Source: an uncultured Methanosarcinales archaeon
Lineage (GTDB): Archaea > Halobacteriota > Methanosarcinia > Methanosarcinales > Methanosarcinaceae
NCBI GenBank assembly: GCA_964610495.1
Contig: CAZSVY010000157.1
Coordinates: 1 to 49,699, forward strand
Length of the DNA: 49,699 nucleotides
Direction of reading: 5' to 3'
The position numbers and the translations under genes were made by a program. Positions 49,686-49,699 of this stretch are shown here, piece by piece (position 1 is the stretch's first letter; each line of letters starts with the position of its first letter). Below the pieces are notes generated by a model. The model did no database searches, had not been told where the DNA came from, and saw only the letters and a program-made list of their open reading frames with translations.

Positions 49686-49699
49686 AGAATGCCTCTGTA

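Overview
Core-chromosome segment of a Methanosarcina-type methanogenic archaeon, inferred from gene content (hdrC/hdrB, F420 reductase, PAN, TBP, Spt5, archaeal L10/L12, AglJ). Left to right: DUF2284, an F420:NADP oxidoreductase, hdrC-hdrB without hdrA, a metal/Fe-S cluster (DUF1284, DUF1847, a NifB/NifX pseudogene, DUF134, Mrp/NBP35), thioredoxin lipoprotein-ccdA, three tandem secreted beta-rich paralogs (one with a MITE in its leader), the cbiT-L-F-G-G'-H-C operon, a probable Re-citrate synthase convergent with an isocitrate-type dehydrogenase, TatD, MBF1/PAN, DUF99, ftsZ-secE-spt5-rpl11-rpl1-rpl10-rpl12, a radical SAM enzyme, a DUF62 SAM hydrolase, a LolA-like lipoprotein, a QueG-like Fe-S protein, ogt, a secreted M3 peptidase divergent from a small secreted protein with an Ile-rich tail, thiC, aglJ, tbp and scpB-scpA-smc. 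I saw no rRNA, tRNA or CRISPR array. The most interesting signals are the M3 peptidase plus Ile-rich precursor-like gene (the only amber-terminated gene here, so possible pyrrolysine readthrough), three TATA boxes at exact 32-bp spacing upstream of tbp, the secreted paralog triplet, an apparent ATA start for cbiG, and a candidate r-protein leader before rpl1. All family calls come from motif recognition; no database search was run.
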